Shown: positions 1 through 9,400 of the stretch, in pieces
Position numbering within the stretch: the stretch's first letter is position 1
Layout of the letters: the number at the start of each line of letters is the position of its first letter
Virus record (IMG/VR): IMGVR_UViG_3300033412_000015
Location: 1-59,682 of that record
Origin: a virus
Lineage: Duplodnaviria > Caudoviricetes
DNA length: 59,682 bases
Direction: 5' to 3' (one strand)
Position numbers and translations under genes: made by a program
Notes under the pieces: model-generated
What the model was told of the DNA's origin: nothing
Databases searched by the model: none
What the model saw: only the letters and a program-made list of their open reading frames with translations

Positions 1-127
1 AATATCTTGAATTGGTTGAGCTAATTTAGCCCTATCAGCCTCTTCAGTGCTCTTCTTGAAAGCGTTGAAATCTTCAATATTCCTATTTTCTGTCAATAAT
101 TGGGCAGCTACACTATCTGATTCTCTT
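1..127. repeat. Terminal overlap, copy 1 (circular assembly)
   Basis: Identical to 59556-59682; falls inside a reading frame that is continuous across the join. Confidence 0.95.
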
Positions 128-930
128 TCGGGAGCTCTGGCTTCAGCAACGCGCTGTTCAATATTACGTCCCTCGTTACCAGTTAATTTAGTTGCCTCTT
201 CGGATAATATTCTAGACTCTGGGGCTGCCGCCTCTTCAGCTGCCTTGCTGGCCACGCGGCCAATAACCTTCGCTGCTAGATGACCGCCGACGCCCAGAGC
301 CACGCCAATGCCTGCTCCGATGGTAGCCTCTTTAACTTCTTCGCCCTCTTTTGACCGGGCCAATCCAGCAGCTGCACCTGACGTGATGCCTCCGCCAATG
401 TTATAAGCAGTCGACGCTGCAGGCGCTACAGCCTCTACTCCCTTGGCTAAGGCACCACCGGTTACCAGGCCTAAACCCAGTTCCGTTGCACTTTCACCTA
501 AGGGCTTACGCTCTTCGATAATTCCCTGTAATTCGTCGATTGCCTTGCGTTCGTTTTCTGGCCGCGTTTTCTTGTAGATGAATTGAGGTAAACCCAGTGC
601 AATGCCCCTACTGACTTCGCCCGCACCGCGTTCAACTACCTCTTTCTGAAAAGAAGGGGCTTCACCGGTACCAGTAACGTCAGCACCGAAGAAGGGTACG
701 ATGCCTTCGAGATGCTTGGGGTCTACCTTATATTTATCAGCTATGGCTTGAATTTCAGAACGGTCAACAGTGCCTGGCTTGGGACCGGCTGGCTGTGGCG
801 GCGGTTGAGCGGGTGCTGGTGTAACTGGCGCCGCTGGCTGAGAATACTGCTGCCAGGGTCCTGCGGCTGGTTCAGGCGCTGGAGTTACCGCTGGGGGTGC
901 ATTCTGATATTGTTCCCAAGGTCCTGCCAT
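1..930 (-). CDS. N-terminal part of a 1126-aa internal virion/ejection protein spanning the origin (continues at 59555 to 57105)
   Basis: Hand translation from ATG 930 (MAGPWEQYQNAPPAV...) is open to position 1 and in frame with ORF 57105..59651; GPWEQY/GPWQQY repeats, Gly/Ala-rich hydrophobic segments. Confidence 0.85.
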   Translation of the reverse strand, partial: MAGPWEQYQNAPPAVTPAPEPAAGPWQQYSQPAAPVTPAPAQPPPQPAGPKPGTVDRSEIQAIADKYKVDPKHLEGIVPFFGADVTGTGEAPSFQKEVVERGAGEVSRGIALGLPQFIYKKTRPENERKAIDELQGIIEERKPLGESATELGLGLVTGGALAKGVEAVAPAASTAYNIGGGITSGAAAGLARSKEGEEVKEATIGAGIGVALGVGGHLAAKVIGRVASKAAEEAAAPESRILSEEATKLTGNEGRNIEQRVAEARAPERESDSVAAQLLTENRNIEDFNAFKKSTEEADRAKLAQPIQDI

Positions 931-936
931 CTATTA

Positions 937-2130
937 CTACTCTTCGGCTTCCTGTGCTGCAGGTTCCCAGTTATTCTTGTCTGCCGGGTCTCCGCCTTTA
1001 AACTTGTAGCCGTCCTGGACGTCACCTGGTTGCGGGCCCTGAGGAGCTGGCTTACTAGCATTACCGCCTAGGCCATTTAATTGCTTTTGAATCATCATCT
1101 TCTGGGCAGCATTATAATCTTTAATTTGCTTGTAATCGGTATCCTTAAAGAATCCCATGAAACCACCCTTGGGCTCAAAGAGATTATTGATAGTATCACT
1201 GCCAGTACGGAGGCCAATCATGTCCTTCTTAATACTATCAGCTGCAGCTTTCTTTTGCTTCGTTGAGAGGTTGCCGCTATCAATTTGCTGAAGATTAACG
1301 TCAATACGATTGCGGGCTTCTAGGTCCTTTGTTAACTGACCTTTAAGGGCTTCTGCTGCTTTATCTGGTTTAGGCGCCTTATTGGCCTCTTTAACGGCGT
1401 CATTATACGCCTTGCTACGAGCGAAATAGTCGCGCATAAGAGCTTCACGAACATCGTGCTTAACTGGTTTCGCAGCTGCCACTTGTTCGGCTTGTTGTTT
1501 GAATGTAAGGGCCCGTTGGTCCCTGAGGTCCTCTAGACGGATACCTAGGTCCTTGCGTAGATTCTCGTAATTGGTATTCCAATCTGTCTTATCGAATTTA
1601 AGATTTGACATATCTACACCAGTTTTCATACCATGCATTGCTGCACCTAACTGGGCCAGTGCCTGTCCTATTCTCTCCGCTACCTGTGACCACTGGGTCG
1701 TTCTTACGCCTTCTCGATAAATCTGTTCTGCTTCTTGCCGCTTCTGATTAATATCATTCAACTTATCTTCAAATTGCTTCTGCACATCATCTGGTAACGT
1801 GTCTTTGTATTGTTCTAGCCTTTTCGTTAAATCTGCAATGTCCTCTGGTTTCTTGGGCATTGGAGCGCCGACTTTACTAGTATCGTATGATTGCTGTACG
1901 GTGGGCTGTCCTGCAGCAGCTTGCTGGTCAGGCGTTGGCGTAAGGTCTGGCTGAGGAGGCTGCTTCACGGTATCCACCAGCGTCTTTGGTTGGTCAGGAT
2001 TAACTTGCTGCTCTTCCTCACTATCGCCGCCCATAAAAGAAGGAGCCATTTTCTTGTAGCCCTTCTTAATGCGGTCAAGAAGACTTTCTTCCTGGTCATC
2101 CTGCTGTGTGTTTAAATTATTGTCTGCCAT
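937..2130 (-). CDS. Putative internal virion/ejection protein
   Basis: 397 aa, helical and Q/K-rich; C-terminal GYKFKGGDPADKNNW motif of the kind seen in podovirus injection proteins; operon position. Confidence 0.65.
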   Translation of the reverse strand: MADNNLNTQQDDQEESLLDRIKKGYKKMAPSFMGGDSEEEQQVNPDQPKTLVDTVKQPPQPDLTPTPDQQAAAGQPTVQQSYDTSKVGAPMPKKPEDIADLTKRLEQYKDTLPDDVQKQFEDKLNDINQKRQEAEQIYREGVRTTQWSQVAERIGQALAQLGAAMHGMKTGVDMSNLKFDKTDWNTNYENLRKDLGIRLEDLRDQRALTFKQQAEQVAAAKPVKHDVREALMRDYFARSKAYNDAVKEANKAPKPDKAAEALKGQLTKDLEARNRIDVNLQQIDSGNLSTKQKKAAADSIKKDMIGLRTGSDTINNLFEPKGGFMGFFKDTDYKQIKDYNAAQKMMIQKQLNGLGGNASKPAPQGPQPGDVQDGYKFKGGDPADKNNWEPAAQEAEE

Positions 2131-2139
2131 AATAATACC

Positions 2140-2973
2140 TTACTTTGCTGTTTGTCCAGCAGCAATATTACCTGCGCCGCCACCTACGGCAGCACCTGCA
2201 GCTGCACCTGAACTGCCACCAAAATACCCACCAACAACTGCACCAGCGATAGTGCCAACACTATTAAACATGCTAGCGCGATTGGCCTGTTCTGCCTTCT
2301 CTTTTGCCATCTTCTGTTGCAGGGCCTGTAGGGCCTGCGTAAGACGAGCCTTCTGTTCATTAGACAGCTGTTGCTCACGCATACCTTCAGCCTGTTGCAG
2401 AGATTGTTGGATTTTCTGGTATGACATTTGTAACATTTTCATCTTGCGGTCGGACAGCTCGTGGGTTTGCTGCTCGTAATCCTTGAACTCCTCATCGCTC
2501 TGCGCATTAGCAAGTTTGTAATCCATGAGTTGACGTTCATTGAATACGGTCCGGCCTAACTCGTCCTTCTGGAAAGAAAGATTCTGGTCGAACAATTTGT
2601 TCTTTACGTCTCTATTCAAGGTTGATAATTTGGTTGATAATTCTCGTTGCCTCTGGTCAATGCCCAGTTTCTTAGCAGCTAAAGCCTGCATGCCTTCTAG
2701 TCGCTGTTGATTAATCGCAGTAGCTGCAACTTGTTGCGTTTGCTGCTGTGTCTGTTGCGCTGCTTGGAGTTTTATCTGTCCGGCCTGGGCCGCTTGCTGT
2801 GCACCGATTTGCTGAGCTGCAGCCGCGCCAGCAGTTGGAGCAGCACCTGCAATCTGTTGTTGTAACTGTGCTTGGCGTGCCTGTTGTAATCCTTGAGCAA
2901 TACCAGCATTCGCCACTGGCATTTGTCCTGCCAATGATTGTAATTGTTGTCCTCTTGCTGAAAGTCCTGCCAT
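2140..2973 (-). CDS. Putative ejection (DNA pilot-type) protein
   Basis: 277 aa Q/A-rich coiled coil ending in a glycine-zipper (GTIAGAVVGGYFGG...GAAVGGGAG). Confidence 0.65.
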   Translation of the reverse strand: MAGLSARGQQLQSLAGQMPVANAGIAQGLQQARQAQLQQQIAGAAPTAGAAAAQQIGAQQAAQAGQIKLQAAQQTQQQTQQVAATAINQQRLEGMQALAAKKLGIDQRQRELSTKLSTLNRDVKNKLFDQNLSFQKDELGRTVFNERQLMDYKLANAQSDEEFKDYEQQTHELSDRKMKMLQMSYQKIQQSLQQAEGMREQQLSNEQKARLTQALQALQQKMAKEKAEQANRASMFNSVGTIAGAVVGGYFGGSSGAAAGAAVGGGAGNIAAGQTAK

Positions 2974-2975
2974 GC

Positions 2976-3758
2976 CTACTCTCCGCCTTGCTGCTGACCC
3001 GCATTGGACGCGTATGCTTGAATGCCACCACTGGTAACATTACCTACGCCTGTCCACATCATTCGTTGGTTCGCCGCTTGATTTTCTGCTTCAGCCATCT
3101 TCAGTGCGTAGTCAACGTCAATATTCTGCAATTGGTCCGCAAAGGAACGGTTGTCAGCATTTATCATCGAACGGAAAGTGAGGTCATCTTTAAACATGTC
3201 CTGTTCGTCATCGAATACACTGCGTGCTAGATTCTCGCGGAAGTTAGTGTCATTATCGAGCCTTGCGCGGGCACCTTCACGCTGAAGATTATCTATGTAT
3301 TGCTGATTAGACAAGCGTGCCATAAATCCTACTTGTTCCAGTTTAGCCTTATCTTTATTAAGGTCAAGTTGCCGTTGGCCCTGGCTGTATTCATCGAGAA
3401 TGGCTTCATTTTGCCGTGTGTACTGGTCCATCTGTTCCAGCGACTGCTCGTCCAGTGCTGCTGTCTGCGTAGATTCCTGAGCCTGGCGGTATTCTTCTTC
3501 TTGCTGAACATTAGCTGCAGCGGTTTGGCCCTGCTGCTGTAATTGTTGCTGGCCTAATTGAGCTTGCCGATTCGCCAATTGCTCGCCGATATTACTAATA
3601 CGGGGCTGGCCTGTATCGGCTACCGCTCGGCCCGATTTCGCTTGCAACAATTGCTGCGTTTGCGCCGTTTGATTAATGCCTAAGGGTGCTGCATTTGGTG
3701 TACCAGAAGAAGGAGCCTGAAGGTTCTGTTTAATTGTATCGAGTAGGGTATTAGCCAT
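2976..3758 (-). CDS. Putative ejection protein
   Basis: 260 aa Q-rich coiled coil with a Gly-rich C-terminus; tightly packed with neighbours. Confidence 0.6.
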   Translation of the reverse strand: MANTLLDTIKQNLQAPSSGTPNAAPLGINQTAQTQQLLQAKSGRAVADTGQPRISNIGEQLANRQAQLGQQQLQQQGQTAAANVQQEEEYRQAQESTQTAALDEQSLEQMDQYTRQNEAILDEYSQGQRQLDLNKDKAKLEQVGFMARLSNQQYIDNLQREGARARLDNDTNFRENLARSVFDDEQDMFKDDLTFRSMINADNRSFADQLQNIDVDYALKMAEAENQAANQRMMWTGVGNVTSGGIQAYASNAGQQQGGE

Positions 3759-3760
3759 AA

Positions 3761-6292
3761 TTATCTACGACCCAATGCTTTACTAACCTTTTGTATTGTT
3801 TGCGCCTGAGTCTTACCAATCATCTTAGATTTATTAAGACTATCAGAGAACTGTACTATTTTCTGCGTGTCACTAGTACCCAACTTATTTTGAAGGTAGT
3901 TATTTACTGAATCTTGAATATCGCCTATCCAAGAGCCCGGAACGAGATGCTGAAGAATCGACGAATTCTGGTCTATAACTTGAGCTTCTCTTTGTCGTTC
4001 ACGGTCATCTGCTTCACTGGCCGCTTTATCTGCCATAGCTTTTATATTCGTAGTAAGAATATCTGTAACAGAACGTGCCCTGTCTTCAATTTCAGACTGG
4101 AGGCGGGAATCGCGATATTGTGGGTCTTGTGCCATATCTTTAAGTGATTTTGCAAGGCTAGCTAAATCATCCATGTCAGTTGAATCTAGGTGGTCAGCAG
4201 CATTATTAAATGCACTGAGCTTCTTATCATTCCAATCACCTGGAAGATTATTTAATATAACATCACTGGCCTTACGCTGCAACAGGTTGTTTACTTCGCC
4301 GTTAAAATCAGCGTCGCCCAGTTTCTGCTTGTCGGCAAATTGCTGCATGTTGTTGAAATCGTCGACAGTATTACCTGTCCTCTCATATAGGGTATGGGCA
4401 TCCTTGTAGTCCAACTTGCCATCTGCCAGCGCGTCCTTCATCATGCCAAACAGGCCACTATTCGTAGCTTGGGATACCTGGTTCTGGTACTGCTGGAACA
4501 TCTTTTGAACGGATGGAATATTCGCCGCCGTGAAGCCAACCTGACCGCCAGCCATGTCCTTGATTGTTGCCGGCGTACCCTTGCCTGCCGTTAGAAGGTC
4601 AACTAATCGGCCCTTCACAGCTTCCGGGCTGTCAACGCTACCATCACCATCAGCATCAATGAGGTGGCGTATCTGTGGGTCAATGGCGTCAGCCAGGCCA
4701 GAATTATTGAGGATGTTACCCATCTTCATAATACTCTGCACCTCGTCGTCACTGACGTCGGGCATTACAGTCTGAAGAGCAGCTTCGGGTGGCGCATTGT
4801 TCAGTTGCCGCGCTTGCTGCACGTAATTAATGTACCGTCCAACTGCACTGGGGTCTGCAACCATGTCTGCATTATAGAGGTCCTGCTTCGTAGTATCTTG
4901 TATAGCCTTGATAGTATTAGGGTCAGTAACGGCCAGTTGATTGAGGCCTGCTGCCATGTTGGCCTGGAAATTTACTGGGACCGCCTTGTCGTTTAATACA
5001 TTAATCAGTTCAGGCGGCTGGTAACTATCGGCCCTGATGGTACCCCAGTCATCGAAGACGGCTTTCATTGTATCGTCAGAGAGGTGACCACCTTCCGTAT
5101 CAGCAATAGCCATATTGGCCGTTTGCTTAGCACTGAAGTCAGCTACCTCTTTATCAACATTCTGAGCCGCCTCCGTAAGTACCTGTTTGTTATTCTCAAT
5201 CCAGGAGGCAAATTCTGGTTCCTGGTCGCGCAATTGTTTAGCAATATTCGGGTCGTCGAAGTAGTTCTTTACCATGCCCGAAATGAAATCATTATTAAGA
5301 AGCTCTTCAGTCGTGTACTTCTTGCCGAAGAAATCGACCGTGTTGCCCTTCTCCACCTGCGTCTGAAGATTCGCCATCTGTTGCTCAGCAGCGCCGGTAC
5401 CAACTGCGCCGAGCTCACGGAGGACCTTCATTGCTTGGTCTTTCTCCGCTGGCGACCGATTAGGGTCACCTAGGATGTTGCGCATCTGGTCCACTTTCGA
5501 GAACTTATCGCGCCGTTCTGCACCGATGGTAGCTTTAAGGTTACCAACTGTCGTGTCCTGCAGCGCTTGTGCAGTTGTGCCAAGGTCGAGTGCCATCTCG
5601 TCTAGGGAATTATACCCGAGTGCTTGTAATTGCTGAGCATTCAGGTCCTTCATTGTCATTGTGTCAGGTATGGCTGCCGCAGCTGCCGCGCCTGCTTGCT
5701 CACTCATGCCAAGGAAATTATTCTTTAACTGGTCCTGAAGTGCGCTGATATCTTTAACATCTGTGATGCCGAAGATTTGCCCAGCTCGGACAATCTCTTG
5801 AGGGGTAGCCGTATTCTGGCCCACTTTAGTTAGTAAGGCTTGAGCCTCTGGGAGGTCGTTAGCATTGGGAATTGCTGCCGTTAGTTTGTTAACGTCGACA
5901 GTCTGCTCTTTGGCAAATTGCTGACCCTGACCGGAAAATAACTTATCGGCCAATTCCTGTACGCGGCCCTGAAGACTGCCTAATCCCTGCTGCTTCTTCG
6001 CCAGTTCCTGCCCCTGCTGCTCGGAAGCATTAGCTGTTTTACGCGCCTGGGCTTGCCGCTGGCTGGTCGCCAGTTGATTGCTCTCTTGAATAGATTGACG
6101 GATTGCGTTAAGTTTGTTGGCATCTGTACCAGCCATTTTCGCCTGGTCTGGATTCGCGCCGATAACGCCACTTTCCAAGGGGCTGGTGGGTACAGCTGGT
6201 CGGCCCGCAGCACCGGCCAAGGAGTTTAACTCCTCTTGACTGGTTTGACCTAACTGGCCGTTCTGTTTGATAGTATCAACGAGAGATGGCAT
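3761..6292 (-). CDS. Putative large internal virion protein
   Basis: 843 aa, helical and Q/A/D-rich; first gene after the promoter at 6416-6444; contains DADGDGSVD. Confidence 0.6.
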   Translation of the reverse strand: MPSLVDTIKQNGQLGQTSQEELNSLAGAAGRPAVPTSPLESGVIGANPDQAKMAGTDANKLNAIRQSIQESNQLATSQRQAQARKTANASEQQGQELAKKQQGLGSLQGRVQELADKLFSGQGQQFAKEQTVDVNKLTAAIPNANDLPEAQALLTKVGQNTATPQEIVRAGQIFGITDVKDISALQDQLKNNFLGMSEQAGAAAAAAIPDTMTMKDLNAQQLQALGYNSLDEMALDLGTTAQALQDTTVGNLKATIGAERRDKFSKVDQMRNILGDPNRSPAEKDQAMKVLRELGAVGTGAAEQQMANLQTQVEKGNTVDFFGKKYTTEELLNNDFISGMVKNYFDDPNIAKQLRDQEPEFASWIENNKQVLTEAAQNVDKEVADFSAKQTANMAIADTEGGHLSDDTMKAVFDDWGTIRADSYQPPELINVLNDKAVPVNFQANMAAGLNQLAVTDPNTIKAIQDTTKQDLYNADMVADPSAVGRYINYVQQARQLNNAPPEAALQTVMPDVSDDEVQSIMKMGNILNNSGLADAIDPQIRHLIDADGDGSVDSPEAVKGRLVDLLTAGKGTPATIKDMAGGQVGFTAANIPSVQKMFQQYQNQVSQATNSGLFGMMKDALADGKLDYKDAHTLYERTGNTVDDFNNMQQFADKQKLGDADFNGEVNNLLQRKASDVILNNLPGDWNDKKLSAFNNAADHLDSTDMDDLASLAKSLKDMAQDPQYRDSRLQSEIEDRARSVTDILTTNIKAMADKAASEADDRERQREAQVIDQNSSILQHLVPGSWIGDIQDSVNNYLQNKLGTSDTQKIVQFSDSLNKSKMIGKTQAQTIQKVSKALGRR

Positions 6293-6364
6293 AGTTCTAC
6301 AAGCCTAACTTAATAGCATAACTATAATACTATAGCATAAAGATTGATTAAAGTCTAGCATAAA

Positions 6365-6444
6365 GCCCCGTAGGGGACCAATGGATATATAGGGGTGGAG
6401 GGTAGTTCTAATCCGATTATACAAATCGCCCATTTTACTGTCAA
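6365..6444 (-). promoter_or_regulatory. Consensus sigma-70 promoter plus conserved leader (cassette copy A)
   Basis: TTGACA(6444-6439)-N17-TATAAT(6421-6416), followed by a ~50 nt motif also found at 32995-33047. Confidence 0.85.
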
Positions 6445-6452
6445 GCATTATT

Positions 6453-9400
6453 TTAGCCCCTAGTAGTATGTTTCGCATCAATGATGCCCTTCTGGTTCAT
6501 GCCAGCCACGCGGTAAGAAACGCCAGCAATTTCAACAGGCTCGTCTTTTGTACTGTTCGAAACCTTAACCTGCGCATACACGATTTTCCTCTTATCGATA
6601 GAATAGCGTATAGGCTGTATTTTAACGTCGCCAGCATCCGATAGGCCGTCGGGGCTATCTGTAGGCTCCGTCAATCTAAAGTCGTCCAGAGGCTCGTAAT
6701 TGGCCGTTAAATCGGGAGCGAACTCTACTGTCGTGCCGCTCGTACTGGTTAAAACTCGGTAGTCAATGATAACATTGGCTAATACCTTACGAATGGCGCC
6801 ATCCCCAAAGTCCATGGCCCGCAGTTCTGCTTCGGCGCTGATGGCCGCATTGTCGTCCCGGTAATCCGTTAGGGTGCCAGTATTTCTAATGATGAATACT
6901 TCTCCCAGTAAGGAGGCTAGGAATGCATCTGTCTGCAAATTCGCCCAGCCAATTGCCGGGTGATTATCGTAGGTTGTCCAGCTACCATCGCGGTAACCAT
7001 CCGGCGAGTATTCTCTAGTAGTATCGTATACCAGTACTTTATTATTTGCCGTATCCGTCTTGTAAGGAACGGCCAGTTTGTACTTGTTACCATTAATGTA
7101 ATAATGGCCAGCCATGATGTCTAGTTGGTTCCTATCCACAATGCTGCGCCAGATTCTCTCAAGCCGCCGGCCCAAGTAAACAACTTCAAGGCTGCGATTT
7201 AACTTGTAAATTCCCGATTCATTAGCGAAGATAATACCATCCTTCGTGGGGGCAATGGAGTAAGGCGCAGTGCATCCCAGTCCTTGGCTTTCAATCTTCT
7301 GCACGGGATTCTGCCCTGCTGCTTTGGTCGCAGGGTTTACCAGGTAGATACTATTCGTTTTGAAAACGACAATTACACTTCCTTGCAACGCGGCGCCAAA
7401 AGCCGTATCTCCAAAGAAGGGTATGATACCAGTAATCTGCTGGCCATCTGCTGGATTAACGTCAATTGCACTAGCACTATCTGTATCCAGTATACTAGTT
7501 GGATTATCCATAATTTCTGGGTAATTATTATAGCTTACAATAATGCGGCTAGGAAATACACTTGTGAATGCAGAGATGGAAGCAGCACTGTCTCTCTTAA
7601 TGCCATTTACGAAAGTATTATAACCACTGAAGCTAGGTAGTTCCAATTCAAGGAAAGTACCCACTGCTTTCGGTTGTGTAATTACCATCTGACCGAAGTT
7701 ATATTCACTGCCCGCATTCGCTATCATCCAAGGCCGAAAGCTCTCTTGGCCACTGACAGTAATGTCTGTTTTCCTCATGGAAACATTTATTGCATTGGCC
7801 AGCCTCCTTAGGGCCCAGAATTCATAGCCTAAACTGGTGTCAGCATTCCCATTTAGGGTCGCATAATTGCCGTCAGTTCCAAGCCAAACCGGCACGTTTT
7901 CAGGGGCTGTTGCCGTAAGGTAGCTATCTACATCCATGGAGGTTGGCGTGTAGGAAGCATCACTATTGTAAAGTATTGTAAAGTCATCTGTCGTAGCACT
8001 GTTTATCTGCCACCAGCCCGCATATCCCAGTCGATTTCCGTCGGCAACACTCGCGTGGTAAAGGTAGACCCAATCGCCAGCTCCGAGTCCATGAGCAGTG
8101 CTAGTAACAGTAAAGCTAGCCCCAGCATTATTAACGAGGTCCGTAGCAGGCGTAATACTAACTGACCCGCTGTCTCGGAATTCGTAGAGGGCCCGGTTGA
8201 CCATGTCGGTCGTCGTACCGGCATCTGTATTATCTTTGCGGAAGGTGTAGACTTGTCCATTGAGTACGCTCGCTGTAATTCTAACGCCAGTATCCAGTAG
8301 TTGAATATCCAGTTTAGGATAATCTTTAATGTTTCCAAGTACTAGGCCGTTGGATGCACTGGTAATGTATTTTGCGCGAAGAGGTTCCGTCCAGGTTGTT
8401 CCCAGTTCTTGGCCGAGAAGTGCCGTATTAACGATGTCAAGGTCTTTCAGGACGTCATCACTATCTGTATCAATGTAGTCAATGTAACCATCATTATTGT
8501 TGAAAGACATGGGGATGGTTGCTAGCTTGTAGAAGGGTGCCACCCCGTCTAGGGCTGTGCGGTAGATTTCAACTTCGAGCTTATCGTAGTCGTATAGGTC
8601 CCATGCAGGCATGCCAATGAGCCGGAGGCGTACCTGCGCCGTATCGGCCAATTGAATAGTAGTATCATCTGCGCCCGTAACAGCTGAAGCGATAATGTTC
8701 TGATTAGCATCAATTGCATTTAAACGAAAGTAGTATTTATAGACACCTACCCGTTTAAGTAAGGGACTGGCGCCTAGGGTAATTGTTGATACGAAGGCTT
8801 CAACCTGAACGAAACCATTAACACCGTCATCGAAGGTTTTCAGCACCCTGTAATCATTATATCCGCCAGTATAGGAATGACGGATAATCTGGTCAGCAAG
8901 GAACTTCGATTCGTCGCCGATTGGAACTGTAAAGATGTTATCATTCACAGCTGTCGGCGTCGCTTGCGGGGTATTAATTACAATCTCGCCTGTTTCGGGA
9001 GCAGAAGGAGAACTATCAACTGTAGAGAAAAGACTGGGCTGCCAACGAAAAAGGCCGGCCCTGTAGATGTTTTGGCCGTCATATTTAAGCACTTCATCAT
9101 CGCCATTAGTAACGTACAGGTTGTTCGCTACCATTACGCTACGGAGGATGGGCTGCTCAGAATACGCAAAGCTATCTAATTGCCTATAGGTTGTATGGGG
9201 CGTCAAGTCAAACGTGTCATCTGGAGCTTCAATGGGAATCCAGCGCCGTGCGACAGTTATTGGAGTAGAGGCATCAACAGTGTCCTGTATCTCTAACTCT
9301 TCGTCCACCTGTATGGTGTTGCCTCGAAGCGTCGCAGAAACACCAGTGCTGGTTTCCGTGCTCGAAAATGTGAATGTCGTACTTGAAGGAATGTCGGTAA

